A DNA stretch of 59,152 nucleotides from a virus. Its lineage: Duplodnaviria > Caudoviricetes. The stretch is from the IMG/VR virus record IMGVR_UViG_3300043764_000029, positions 1 to 59,152 of that record. One strand, given 5' to 3'. Positions 18,964 to 28,697 of the stretch are shown piece after piece. The notes below the pieces were generated by a model. The model was not told the DNA's origin, ran no database searches, and was given only the letters and a program-made list of their open reading frames with translations. The translations under genes and the position numbers were made by a program. Every line of letters begins with the position of its first letter. The stretch's first letter is position 1.

Positions 18964-19913
18964 CAGGTCCATCCGTTCTCGTACACGGAGTGGTCGGTCG
19001 GGTTGGTGTAGGGCTGCCAGCCGCCAGCGACGGCGCGGAGCGGCGCCCGGGTGCCGGGGATGGTGTCGGGCTCGTCGTCGTAGCAGCCCTTGTTGAGCCA
19101 GGTCGCCGGGTACTTCGTGAACTTCGGGTCTTCGCTGGCGCGTTCGCGGGCGTAGGCAGTGGCGGCTTCGACGATGCGCTCAGGGTTGGCGCCGCGGTCG
19201 ATGGCTGAGCACCAGGCTTTGCGGGCTTCCTCGCGGGCCTTCTTCTTCGGGTAGACGAGCCAGAAGGCGCCGAAGGCGTCGAGGTGGTGGTCGACCTTCT
19301 GGCGGGAAGGGGTAGCCGTGGCTCCCCCTTCGGCAGGAGAAGAGACTTTGTATGTAGTAGAGGTCTGTTCTTTAGAAGAGGGGGGAGCAGGGGCTACCCC
19401 TTTGACCTTGTAAGGGGTAGCCGTGGCTCCCCCTTCGGCAGCGGTGTCGGGGCTGAAAAACGGCTCCTGATCAGGGACTTCACCGTCGCTGTCGGCCGAT
19501 CCGGAAGGGGTAGCGCCTGCTCCCCCTTGAGTGGAAGGGGTAGCCGTGGCTCCCCCTAGGGGTAGCCCTTGCTCCCCCTTTGACCCGGAAGGGGTAGCGG
19601 TGGCTACCCCTTCGAACTCGGGCACCAGGAACGTCATCCGGATTCCGGGGATCGCGAACAGCGGCCGCCCGTCCTTCCCCTTGCCGATCGGAATCCGGAA
19701 CTCCCAGCCGGCCGCTGCAAGACGCTTCAGTGCGTTGCGGACGACGCTGGTGTCCTTGGCGCCGGTCCACCGGGCGAGGTCTTCAAGCGGGGCTGAGCTC
19801 TTGCGGGTCACCTCGTTGGCGTCGTCCGCGATCTCCAAGGCCACGGCGCGCTGAAGCCCTGTCACCTGCGGGCCCAGTACGTCCCGCAGTTGGCGTCGCA
19901 GCTCGTAGCCCAC
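18963..19913 (-). CDS. Phage replication initiator (lambda O-like architecture)
   Basis: N-terminal wHTH, iteron-encoded middle, C-terminal FWLVYPKK..KYPATWLNKGCYDDE; coupled to loader. Confidence 0.85.
   Translation of the reverse strand: MGYELRRQLRDVLGPQVTGLQRAVALEIADDANEVTRKSSAPLEDLARWTGAKDTSVVRNALKRLAAAGWEFRIPIGKGKDGRPLFAIPGIRMTFLVPEFEGVATATPSGSKGEQGLPLGGATATPSTQGGAGATPSGSADSDGEVPDQEPFFSPDTAAEGGATATPYKVKGVAPAPPSSKEQTSTTYKVSSPAEGGATATPSRQKVDHHLDAFGAFWLVYPKKKAREEARKAWCSAIDRGANPERIVEAATAYARERASEDPKFTKYPATWLNKGCYDDEPDTIPGTRAPLRAVAGGWQPYTNPTDHSVYENGWT
19308..19615. repeat. Iterons and AT-rich tract: putative replication origin
   Basis: About 6 copies of GGGGTAGC-N3-TG(G)CT(C/A)CCCCT (~19308, 19414, 19507, 19537, 19559, 19591), one inverted copy at 19381, AT-rich 19340-19380. 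Confidence 0.8.
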
Positions 19914-20189
19914 GTGCGTCCTTCTCTCGGCTGGTGCGGTCGGTGGTTGGTCGCCCGTGGCGGGAGGCTCGCGGCCAGTCCCGCCACGGGCCGTCAGGGG
20001 CGCGCTGTCAGGCGTCGCTGTGGCGCGGCTTGTTCGCGGCCGCCGCGAGGCCGAGTGCGTCCAGGAGGAGCGCCTGGTCGTCTGCGTCGCGGGACCTGCC
20101 GGCGACGTACCGCCGGGCCGCGTCCCGCTGCTCGGGCGTGGTCGGCGGGATGCGCGTCTCCCACGTGCTGACGTGATCGGTCGCTTCCG

Positions 20190-20483
20190 TCATGCCGCAC
20201 ACTCCTCGGCCTGAGCCCGCCGCTGGCGTCGGTACAACTCGGCGCGCTCCGCCGGGTCGAGGCCGCCACGCACGCCGTACCGGTTCCCCGCCGTTGCGGA
20301 GCCCTCGCGGGCCATCTCCGAGTCGAGACAGACCTCGCGGACCGGGCACCGGGCGCACCACGCCTTTGCAGGTAGGTACGCCAGCTTGGCTGCGGTGCCG
20401 ACGCCCGCCGGATGGAACAGGTCCGGGTCTGCTGTCCGGCAAAGCGCCTGGTCCTCCCACCGATCGCCCCTGCGCGCGCTCAT
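20190..20483 (-). CDS. whiB: WhiB-family Fe-S transcription factor
   Basis: WEDQALC..DPDLF..AKAWCARCPVREVCL..GVRGGL..ER. Confidence 0.92.
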   Translation of the reverse strand: MSARRGDRWEDQALCRTADPDLFHPAGVGTAAKLAYLPAKAWCARCPVREVCLDSEMAREGSATAGNRYGVRGGLDPAERAELYRRQRRAQAEECAA

Positions 20484-20926
20484 GCTGCAGCCTCCGGGGC
20501 ATGCACCCAGCGCGAGACCGTGCGCTCGTGGACCTGAAGGTCCCGGGCGATGTCCTTCTGGTGGTCGCCGAGGTGGTGGTACCGGATTCGGGCCGTCAGC
20601 TTCTGCTCCTCGATCAGCAGCTCCCGGACCCCGCTCGGCGCGGCCCGATGGACGGCGACATCCCGCAGAGTCTCCTGACGGTCCGCAGGCTTGGCAGCCC
20701 GACCGTGCTCGTCCCATGTGAGGTAGCCGAGTGCGGCGACCACCGTGGTGTTGGGGTCGACGAGCCCGGCGAGGACAACGATCAGCGCGTCCCGTTCGGC
20801 CTGGTCAAGCTCGGCGAGGATGTGCGCGACATCGCGGTGATCCCCGTCGCCGTGGACAACGCACGCCAAGCCGGCGGCGATCGGCAGAAGACGCTCCGCG
20901 AGGTCCCCGCGCTCGGTGGCGCTCAC
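20480..20926 (-). CDS. Protein with C-terminal HTH
   Basis: HQKDIARDLQVHERTVSRWV. Confidence 0.7.
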   Translation of the reverse strand: MSATERGDLAERLLPIAAGLACVVHGDGDHRDVAHILAELDQAERDALIVVLAGLVDPNTTVVAALGYLTWDEHGRAAKPADRQETLRDVAVHRAAPSGVRELLIEEQKLTARIRYHHLGDHQKDIARDLQVHERTVSRWVHAPEAAA

Positions 20927-21744
20927 GCAGCCACCTCCGGCACCGCGACGCCGGCCCGCAGGTGCGCGCGGCGGATCGACTCCCACTTGATCGCGAGGCG
21001 CATCTCCACGCCCTCCGACGACAGGCCCTCACGGAGCAACTCGGCGGTGTCCTCGACGATCGCGGCGACGCGCGAGACGTGCAGGCCGTACTTCGGCTCC
21101 TCCGCCGGGTCGTCGATGTCGTCCCACACGGCCGCGGGGTGGAATCCGTGCTGGGCCGCCCACTGCCGCGCACGCGACGCGGCCTTCGGCGACACCCCGT
21201 ACTCCTCGGGCCGCCTGCCGCCCAGCTCCGCGAACACGGCCTCGACCTTCAGCGCCGTTCCCAGAAGCACGAACCGGTCCGTCCGAAACAGCCGGCCAAC
21301 ATTGCTCTGGTGCACCTGCAGCCGTCGCGCCAGGACGACGGCCGGGCATCCGGCGACGGCCATGGCCTGCATACGCCGGCCGGTCCCGACTCCATTGAGC
21401 CGGGAGGCGTTGGCCGGGACAACCTCGTCCGCAACCGCCACGGCGAGGACCCGACGCTCGGTCGCCCGGCGGATGTCGCCGCGCCTGTTGACGATCCGGC
21501 GCAGGACCCGATCGCTGACGTCGGCAGCGGCGCCGATCTCGGCGTCGGTCTTGCTCCTTCGAAGCGCTTCGATGTGCCGTGCGGCGCGGTCGGGCGGGCA
21601 GGTGTCGCCGCGGCCGGTCTGCCGGAAGTAGGTGTTGCGGCGGTTCCGGGCGGCCGCCGCGGTGGTGCACTCGGCGCGGCGGCAGCCGCGCCAGTAGCAG
21701 CGGTGGTCGCCATGCGGGACGGGCTGGAGGGTGGTGCGGGTCAC
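20923..21744 (-). CDS. Zn-finger/HTH phage DNA-binding protein
   Basis: HGDHRCYWRGCRRAEC; GTGRRMQAMAVAG; WDDIDDP; paralog of 13849..14643. Confidence 0.75.
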   Translation of the reverse strand: MTRTTLQPVPHGDHRCYWRGCRRAECTTAAAARNRRNTYFRQTGRGDTCPPDRAARHIEALRRSKTDAEIGAAADVSDRVLRRIVNRRGDIRRATERRVLAVAVADEVVPANASRLNGVGTGRRMQAMAVAGCPAVVLARRLQVHQSNVGRLFRTDRFVLLGTALKVEAVFAELGGRRPEEYGVSPKAASRARQWAAQHGFHPAAVWDDIDDPAEEPKYGLHVSRVAAIVEDTAELLREGLSSEGVEMRLAIKWESIRRAHLRAGVAVPEVAA

Positions 21745-22460
21745 GGGGTGCCTCCCTGGCGTGGGATGAGCGGCCAGTCGCCGTCGACCACGGCGGCTGG
21801 GTCTTTCTGGCGGAGGTGCGTCTGGAGGCTCGCGGCCTGTTCGCGGGCCCAGACGGTTTGCTGCTCGTGCAGCTCCGGCAGGGTGGGCGCCCGCAGCTCC
21901 GGGTACTTGCAGGCGAGTTGGTAGGTGACGCGGGCCGCAGCAATGGCGTCCGCGTCCGCCCGGTGTGCGCCGTTCAGCTCGACCTCGTAGTGCCGGCACA
22001 GTGCGGTGAGGTTGCGGCTGCCGGGCCGGAACTTGTCCACCTGCTTGTCCAAGACGATCGGGTCGAGGACGTACGGCTCGCGGCCAGCCTGCTCGGCGAG
22101 CGACGGCTGGCCGTAGCGGGCCAGTTCGCGGTCGAGCAAGGTCAGGTCGAACCTCGCGTTCATCGCCACGATCGGGCGGCCGGCCTCGATCTCGCGGGCG
22201 AGCAGCCAGGCGATCCGACGGACCATCAGCTCGCCCGGACGGCCGAACTTACGGGCGTACGCGGTGCTGATGCCGTGAATTTTGGTCGCGGCCAGGGGGA
22301 TCTCGATGCCGCCCGCGTCGGAGAGCCAGGTGCGGGTCTCCACCGGCTCGCCGGCCACGCACCACACCAGTGCGGCGGTGACGATCCGATCGTCCTCGAC
22401 GTTGACGCCGGTGGTCTCGGTGTCGAACCCGACCCACTCGGACAGGTACCAGGGAGTCAT
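21741..22460 (-). CDS. DnaQ-like DEDDh 3'-5' exonuclease
   Basis: GFDTETTG, NARFDL, HRADAD. Confidence 0.92.
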   Translation of the reverse strand: MTPWYLSEWVGFDTETTGVNVEDDRIVTAALVWCVAGEPVETRTWLSDAGGIEIPLAATKIHGISTAYARKFGRPGELMVRRIAWLLAREIEAGRPIVAMNARFDLTLLDRELARYGQPSLAEQAGREPYVLDPIVLDKQVDKFRPGSRNLTALCRHYEVELNGAHRADADAIAAARVTYQLACKYPELRAPTLPELHEQQTVWAREQAASLQTHLRQKDPAAVVDGDWPLIPRQGGTP

Positions 22461-22987
22461 TCTCCGTCCCCTGCCGTGAGTTGGGGCAGCGCAATGTCGG
22501 TCAGCTGGCCAGCCCGCCACGCGTCGGCAACGAGCTGCTTGCCGGTCTTCTCGAACCGCACCGAGTGCGAGCGGGCGCGGGTCGCGCGGATCTCGACGCC
22601 GGGCACGTCGTGCACGACGCCGGTCTCCTTGTCGACCCATTGCGGCACTCCGGCGGCGGTGAGCTCGCCGAGGAGAAGCGTGGTGAACGCGGGGCGGACC
22701 TCGGTGGCGACCCGGCGGGTGATGTTGGCCTCGCCAGCGGGGTGGTGGTCGCGGACCCACGCGGTGTACGCCTCGACGTCGGTGACGACGGCGGCGGGGG
22801 ACGGATCGGTCAGGATGATCTTCGCGACGAGGGTTCCGTCAGGGAGCTTCGCGTCGACCTGCCGGACTCCGGCCGAGTCGTCGAGGGCGGCCTGAACGTC
22901 GTCGCGGGCCGTCTTGAGTTCGCCGTCGATCGCGTCGCGAAGTGCCTTGAGGACCGCTTCTCTCGTGGCCGCTTCCTGCATGCTCAT
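22457..22987 (-). CDS. Hypothetical protein of the recombination module
   Basis: Located between the AAA_24 ATPase and the exonuclease. Confidence 0.7.
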   Translation of the reverse strand: MSMQEAATREAVLKALRDAIDGELKTARDDVQAALDDSAGVRQVDAKLPDGTLVAKIILTDPSPAAVVTDVEAYTAWVRDHHPAGEANITRRVATEVRPAFTTLLLGELTAAGVPQWVDKETGVVHDVPGVEIRATRARSHSVRFEKTGKQLVADAWRAGQLTDIALPQLTAGDGE

Positions 22988-23054
22988 GGGTCGTGGTCTC
23001 CTGTGGTGTGCGGGCCGCCCCTGTTTCGGGCAGGGACGGCCCGTGGTGCGTGGG

Positions 23055-24323
23055 TCAGGCGGCGGCGCGGATCATCTCGGCGGCCTCGCGGAGCTGGTCA
23101 ACGGTGGCCTCGGTGGGCTTGACGCCGTACGAGGACTGGAAATCAGCGTCGAGGGTGGCGGCGAAGCCCTTCGCGATGGCGACGGCGCGGAGTTCGTCCA
23201 GCGCAGTGCGCAGGCTCTCGTCGGGCGCGGTGTCAGCGGTCGACGCGCGACCCGAGGGCACCGAGCGGAGCGGATGCACCAGGGCCTGCCGTTCGGCAGC
23301 GATCCGCTCATCCGTTACCCGAGCCGCGTCCTTCTCGACCGCGTGGTAACCGGAGGCAGCAGCCAGAGCCACCTCGTGGTCGGTCGGCTGCTGGCGCGAG
23401 GTCGGAGCGGATGGCCGGGCCTGGGCGGTGCGCAGGGAGCGGCCGCGCTCGATGATGAACTCCCCGAGGGTCGTTGGCGCCGCGGTGACGGGGTGCAAGA
23501 TCGCGCCGCCGAGCATGCGGTGCCGCTCCGCCTTCGCGTGCAGCGCGAGGGCGCCCTGGTAAGTCAGCTCGTCCGCGATGGCCTCGTCCACCAGGTCGGC
23601 GAGCTCCGGCACCTCGGTGCCGTCCTGCAGCCACGCGAGGACCGTGGCCGCCATGTCTGCGCCAGGGCGGTTGACCACCGCGCCGGACAGCTCTGGGCAC
23701 CGGGACTTCGACACGACCAGGGTGTTCTCGAGGTCGAGGTCACCCACGATGTCGAACTCGTACTCGATGCCCTCGCGCTGCTCCGCCTTGGTGCCGATCT
23801 TCTTCGGCTGCTTCTTTCCGCGCGCATCCTCCTCGATGACCCACTCGGACTTCGTGCGCATCGTGACGATGACGTGCCCGGGGTAGGCGAGCAGAGCCTC
23901 GATCATCGCCCGCTCGAACGGCCTCGCGTCCTTCCAGCCGCCCCAGTTGCCGCCGCCACCGGACCGCTTGCCGATGGCGTCGACCAGCTCGAGCATGCCG
24001 CCGGTCCCCATCCAGAAGTGCGACAAGGAGTCGACGATGACGGCGCCGTACCCGGCCGCACCCGCTGCGGCGAGCGCGCTGACCAAGTCGCGGGGGTCGA
24101 ACTTGTGCATCTGGAGCGTGTCGAACGCGAAGCCGTGGCCGGACTTCCCTGCCGCGTACTTCGACGCCGATCCGCGCTCGGTGTCGATGAGGGCGACGCG
24201 GTCGGCCATGGCCGTCGCCATGGCCAGCGCGGTGTAGGTCTTGCCAGCCCCGGACGGACCGGCCAGCGCGATGCGGGCCTTGGCCTGCTCGCGGGTCGCC
24301 GGGGCGAAGGTGAAGGTGCTCAT
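23055..24323 (-). CDS. Sak4/AAA_24-like recombination ATPase
   Basis: GPSGAGKTYTAL, IDTERGS, VIVDSLSHFW, EYEFD. Confidence 0.88.
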   Translation of the reverse strand: MSTFTFAPATREQAKARIALAGPSGAGKTYTALAMATAMADRVALIDTERGSASKYAAGKSGHGFAFDTLQMHKFDPRDLVSALAAAGAAGYGAVIVDSLSHFWMGTGGMLELVDAIGKRSGGGGNWGGWKDARPFERAMIEALLAYPGHVIVTMRTKSEWVIEEDARGKKQPKKIGTKAEQREGIEYEFDIVGDLDLENTLVVSKSRCPELSGAVVNRPGADMAATVLAWLQDGTEVPELADLVDEAIADELTYQGALALHAKAERHRMLGGAILHPVTAAPTTLGEFIIERGRSLRTAQARPSAPTSRQQPTDHEVALAAASGYHAVEKDAARVTDERIAAERQALVHPLRSVPSGRASTADTAPDESLRTALDELRAVAIAKGFAATLDADFQSSYGVKPTEATVDQLREAAEMIRAAA

Positions 24324-24381
24324 CGGGTGGTCTCCGGTGTGGCGGCCGGGGCACGGTCGGCCCCGGCCAGGTGGCGGGTGG

Positions 24382-25676
24382 TCACTTCGCTGCCGCGGTC
24401 TCGCGCGGCTTCGTCTTGCCGGCCTCGATCGCCGCGAGCTCCGTCGCGCCGTAGCCGAGCGCGTGGTTGAGCTGCTGCCGCAGGCCATCGCGGTCGCGGG
24501 TGAGGCGGCCGTTCTCGCGGGTGAGGTCGTCGAGTCGCCTCAGGAGCTCCCGATGCCCGGCGGTCACGGCCTCGCGAGTGGTGACGAGCGCGGCCTCGGC
24601 TGTGTCAGCGCGACGCTGCTCGGCCGTGGCCCGGGCGGCGAGGGCCGCGTTGTCGGCGTTGGCCGCCTTCACGTCATGACGCAGCCGTTTCATCGATGCG
24701 GACAGCTCCGCGAGCGCCTTCTTCGTGATCCACGGCATGTCAGGCCGCCTTTCGCTGGTGGGGGAAGGCGATCCCGACCATGCGGAGCACGGTCTCCGCC
24801 AAGTGCCGGGCCGCGGTCATGCCGTACCGGGCCTGCGTGCCACCGAGGCGGTCCGACATGACCTCGATCAGGGCGTCCTGTGCCGGGCCCGAGGCGTCGT
24901 CGATGGCCAGCAGCTCCTCGGCGATCTCCTCCGGGGCGTCGGCCGACTCGCGGGCGAGCGCCCGGATCAGCGCGGCGAACAGCGGATGAGCGTCGATCGC
25001 GACACCCAGACCGGTCGGGTGCACCCACAGCGGGTACGGGCCCGACACCTCAACCGCCGGACGGGCGAGCATCCCAGCCGCGTCCAGCGCGGCAGCGATC
25101 TCCTCCGGCGTACCCGTGGTGCTGCTGATCAGGATGGCCGCGCGACGGGCGACCGGGTTCTCGATGGTCATCAGATCTGTCCCATCGAGCGCAGGTGGGC
25201 GATCGTCGCCGCGTAGTTGTGCCGGACGTCCTCTGACCAGTCCTGCAGTTCACCGTGCTCGTCGAGCCACTGCTCGAACACCGCGAGCTCGGCCTCGCTG
25301 TACTTCTCCCGCACCGGGAGCGGCTGCGTTTCGACGCTCACGCCGCCACCGCCTCAGCGGCCGGCGCGTACGCCTGCACGTAGACCCGAACCTCGGCGTA
25401 GTCACCCGACGCCATCCGGAACCGCCGCGAGTTGCCCCCGTGCTCGTACGACACGGGCTGCCACTCCTCCAGCTCCAGCGCGGCCACCCACAGGGGGAAC
25501 GCGTCGGCATCGGCGTCGGACAGGTGGACCGTCACCTTGCGGCTCGTCGCCGACAGCGACGTGGCCGGCAGGTGCGGGAACTCCCGGGCCAGCGTCAGCG
25601 CGGCCGTCAACGGGCCTGCGGACGAGCGGATCTGGTGGTCCTGATTGGTGCTGGTGGGGCTAGGCTGAGTGCTCAC
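24382..25676 (-). CDS. Four early hypothetical proteins (25338..25676; 25171..25341; 24740..25171; 24382..24738)
   Basis: Coupled ORFs downstream of xis. Confidence 0.6.
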
Positions 25677-25757
25677 GGCCCCTCCTTTCGCTGTGGGTGG
25701 GGCTGGGGTCGTCCCCTGGGGTCGCAATCCGGGGGCGGCCCGCCCATGTGATGTGGG

Positions 25758-26006
25758 TCAGGCGGCGCGGCCGCGTCGGACGATGCGCGCCGGGACGCGG
25801 AACATCTCGTAGATCGCGGCGAGGTCGTCGTCGGAGAACACCAGCCACTTGCCGGGCCGGCTGTGCGGGAAGCCGCGGTGGTTCGCACCGTCGCGGAGCC
25901 ACCGCTCGCCGACCCTGAGCAGGGCGGCGGCCTCACCCGGGCTGTGGTAGCCGGCCGAAGTCCCCTTCTTGGGGGGCTTGGTGGGAGTGACGGACAGGGC
26001 TGCCAT
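25758..26006 (-). CDS. xis: Excisionase-like HTH protein
   Basis: YHSPGEAAALLRVGERWLR..FPHSRPG..LVFS; follows cro. Confidence 0.65.
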   Translation of the reverse strand: MAALSVTPTKPPKKGTSAGYHSPGEAAALLRVGERWLRDGANHRGFPHSRPGKWLVFSDDDLAAIYEMFRVPARIVRRGRAA

Positions 26007-26007
26007 G

Positions 26008-26256
26008 TCAGGTAGTCCTCTGCTGTGGTTGGTCCTCGCCAGGAGCGAGGAGCTGCTGATCGGTCGCGCCGAGGACTTCGCGGAGAGCGCCGTAGACGCT
26101 CGCCCGGACGCGGCGACGTGATCCGGTCTCGATCCGGCTGAGGTAGTTCGCGCTGATGCCGACCTGGATGGCCAAATCGCGCATGTCAGTACCGGAGAGC
26201 TTGCGGATCCTGCGGATCGCCGCCCCGTCTACCTCGACTGTGGATCGTTGGGGCAT
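26008..26256 (-). CDS. Cro-like XRE HTH protein
   Basis: IRRIRKLSG..DLAIQVGISANYLSRIETG; divergent from repressor. Confidence 0.85.
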   Translation of the reverse strand: MPQRSTVEVDGAAIRRIRKLSGTDMRDLAIQVGISANYLSRIETGSRRRVRASVYGALREVLGATDQQLLAPGEDQPQQRTT

Positions 26257-26259
26257 GCG

Positions 26260-26395
26260 TAGAACGTAGCAGCTTCTCGTAGCTTTGCCTAGCAGCTTCT
26301 CGTAGTTTCTGGCGCGAGCTAGCAGGATCTAGCATCGGCATATGCCAGGTTGTAGCGAGAAATCGGACAGGTTGGGAGTCTCCTAGCAGTGACTG
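26260..26395. promoter_or_regulatory. Lysis/lysogeny switch with operator repeats
   Basis: TAGCAGCTTCTCGTAG at 26267 and 26290; CTAGCA(G) at 26319, 26329, 26383. Confidence 0.7.
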
Positions 26396-26418
26396 GGTGG
26401 TCCTGCGATGATGTGGGA

Positions 26419-26841
26419 ATGCCAAGGAATGCTGAGGACCTGCGACGACTCGGCGGAGCCGTCACCACGCGCCGCACCCAGTTGAAGCTGTCCAAGGACG
26501 AGTGCGCCCGACGCGCGAGCATGTCGAACACCACGTGGACGCGCGTTGAAGACGGTCTCGGCGTCCGCGATACGACCTACTCGCGCGTGGACGACGTCCT
26601 CGGCTGGCCGACCAAGACGTGCGAGCAGATCCTCGACGACCCCGACTTCCACCCCTTCCCCTCCGAGAAGGCGGCCGGCGCGAGGTACTCAAACCCGCCG
26701 GTCGACGAGGCCGCACTGCGCCAGGCGATCCAGAACGCCACGATCGCGACCGTGCCCGACCTGACGGGCGCCCAGATCATGGCGTTGCAGGAGCGTGCGA
26801 TCGAGGAGCTACGTAAGCGCGGCAAGCTGCCCGGCGCGTAG
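26419..26841 (+). CDS. Immunity repressor (XRE HTH)
   Basis: VTTRRTQLKLSKDECARRASMSNTTWTRVEDG; lies between cro and int. Confidence 0.8.
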   Translation: MPRNAEDLRRLGGAVTTRRTQLKLSKDECARRASMSNTTWTRVEDGLGVRDTTYSRVDDVLGWPTKTCEQILDDPDFHPFPSEKAAGARYSNPPVDEAALRQAIQNATIATVPDLTGAQIMALQERAIEELRKRGKLPGA

Positions 26842-26990
26842 ACGGCGCACGCGGTTCACAACCAGCTTCCGCCGTGGCCTAATCGTTACCTGGGGTTCGA
26901 TTGGTCCCGCGCGCTTTGTGGGTCACACGTGGTCATTTTGTGGAAGGCTTAACAGCCTTGGGGGTGCCATCCTCTCCGCGAGGTGGGCCA

Positions 26991-27209
26991 ATGCACGTCT
27001 TGCACGTCTGCCATTTTGTTGACCTCGGGCCAGCCTTCATCGGCTGGGCCGCCGACGTTGAAGGGGCGGTCACCTGCATCGTCACGCCGCGCGTGCACGA
27101 TGACGAAGCCGTTCGGAACCAAGCCCGCGAACTCCTCCACCGCGCCGGAGCCGACCCGGAGCCCTGCTCCTCTGCCTGCCCCAACGCCCTTCCCCCACGG
27201 GAGGGCTGA
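26991..27209 (+). CDS. 72-aa protein translationally coupled to the integrase
   Basis: GAGGTG RBS; TGATG overlap with int. Confidence 0.6.
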   Translation: MHVLHVCHFVDLGPAFIGWAADVEGAVTCIVTPRVHDDEAVRNQARELLHRAGADPEPCSSACPNALPPREG

Positions 27210-28459
27210 TGGGATGGTCAGAGAAGCGCGGCGGCACCTGGCGCGCACGATTCAAGCTGCCCGACGGGACCTACGGCTCCGAGCCGGGCTTCCTCACGAA
27301 GGCACAGGCTGACGCCCACTGGCAGGCGCAGGAGACCGACGTCCGGCGAGGAGACTTTTTCGACCCGAGCGCCGGCGAGCTGATGACCTTCCAGGAGTGG
27401 GCCGAGCAGTGGCTCCAGACGGTCGACCTCGCGCCGGACAGCGAGTACAACTACGCCAAGCGCATCCGGCGACTGAACAAGCAGTGGGGTAATGTCCCCC
27501 TCTCCCGCATCACCACGACGGCGTACCTCGCCTGGGAGAAGACCGTTCGCTCGGAGTTGTCGTTCAACTACTCGACCCAGTTGCTGCAACTCTTCCGAAT
27601 GATCATCGCGGATGCGGTGGCCCACCAGCCTCCCCTGCTCAAGGCATCGCCCGTTCCCGCTCTCAATCGGCGGCGGGGCCGCTACACAGCGCCGCCACCG
27701 AGTGAGATTGTCAGCGTCACCGCCGAGCAGGTTGAGGAACTGGCCGAGAACGCCCGCGCCGTCTGGGGCCTGACCGGCTACGTCTTCGTGCTCACCAAGG
27801 CCTACTGTGGGCTGAGGCAGGGTGAGATGTACGGCCTGCGCAGGGAGTGGTGCTACCCGAACTGGCCCAAGTCGGACCCGGGTTGGGCTGAGAACCCCGG
27901 CGGACGGACGGCCGAGCGCAAGCGCGTGAAGGCCGCAGCCGAGCGGTACGCCAAGATGCCGGCGCTCCGCGTGCAGTGGCAGCACCAGTACGTGAAGCCG
28001 CGCGAGGGCGGCAAGCGCGTGCCCACGCTCGTGCTGCCCAAGTACGGATCGATGCGCGACCTGGTGCTTCCGCCGTTCCTGGCAGACCTCCTGGTTCAGC
28101 TCCTGGACTCGCACGACAGCGAGTGGGTCTTCCCCGCGATGGGTGGCGGCCCGCTGCTGACCACCGACTTCTCCACCCACGTCTGGATGCCGATCGTGCG
28201 TGGTGCCGACGAGCGCACTCGACGGGTTCGGCGCCCCAAGATCGAGCCGGTGGAGGGGCTGGAGGACGCTGTGCCGCACTGGCTCCGCCATGCTATGAAG
28301 CGGTGGGTCGACGAGGACGGGCATTCGCGTGTTGCCGTGGAGACCCGAATGGGACACCGGCTGCAGGGCGTTGAGGGTGTGTACGCTGGCGTCACGCCGA
28401 CGATGGAGCTACGGATCGCCGAGTCGCTCCAGGAGCGATGGGAGAAGGCCAGAAGTTGA
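27209..28459 (+). CDS. int: Tyrosine integrase
   Basis: Arm-binding N-terminus; GLRQGE (R), HWLRH, MGH, GVY catalytic residues. Confidence 0.95.
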   Translation: MGWSEKRGGTWRARFKLPDGTYGSEPGFLTKAQADAHWQAQETDVRRGDFFDPSAGELMTFQEWAEQWLQTVDLAPDSEYNYAKRIRRLNKQWGNVPLSRITTTAYLAWEKTVRSELSFNYSTQLLQLFRMIIADAVAHQPPLLKASPVPALNRRRGRYTAPPPSEIVSVTAEQVEELAENARAVWGLTGYVFVLTKAYCGLRQGEMYGLRREWCYPNWPKSDPGWAENPGGRTAERKRVKAAAERYAKMPALRVQWQHQYVKPREGGKRVPTLVLPKYGSMRDLVLPPFLADLLVQLLDSHDSEWVFPAMGGGPLLTTDFSTHVWMPIVRGADERTRRVRRPKIEPVEGLEDAVPHWLRHAMKRWVDEDGHSRVAVETRMGHRLQGVEGVYAGVTPTMELRIAESLQERWEKARS

Positions 28460-28697
28460 TCTCCCACTTCTCTCCCACTTGATCTTCCAAAGGGGAGTCA
28501 CCCGCAGGTCAGAGGCCTGCCGGTGACTCCCCTTTAGGAATCGACCACATTACCCAGCAACAATTGAAGCTGCGATGTTCTGGCAGGTGAAGTGCACTGG
28601 CCTGCATGTATGTCCCCGAGGGACTTGGGCGAATCTAGCAGGAGCTGGCACAAGCTAGCAGCTTCCCCTGAAGATCATCTCCCATCGTCTCCCATTT
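28460..28697. other. attP-like junction with paired arm-type sites on both sides of an AT-richer core
   Basis: TCTCCCACTT x2 (28460, 28471); TCTCCCATCG/TCTCCCATTT (28678, 28688), all in the same orientation. Confidence 0.7.
28489..28535 (+). terminator. Inverted repeat after int
   Basis: AAAGGGGAGTCACC..GGTGACTCCCCTTT. Confidence 0.7.

Larger units (their letters stand above)
1..28500. mobile_element. Left prophage segment: integrase/immunity, early genes, terS and 5' part of terL; continues beyond the left edge
   Basis: Integrase, repressor/cro, replication and packaging genes in temperate-phage order. Confidence 0.85.
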
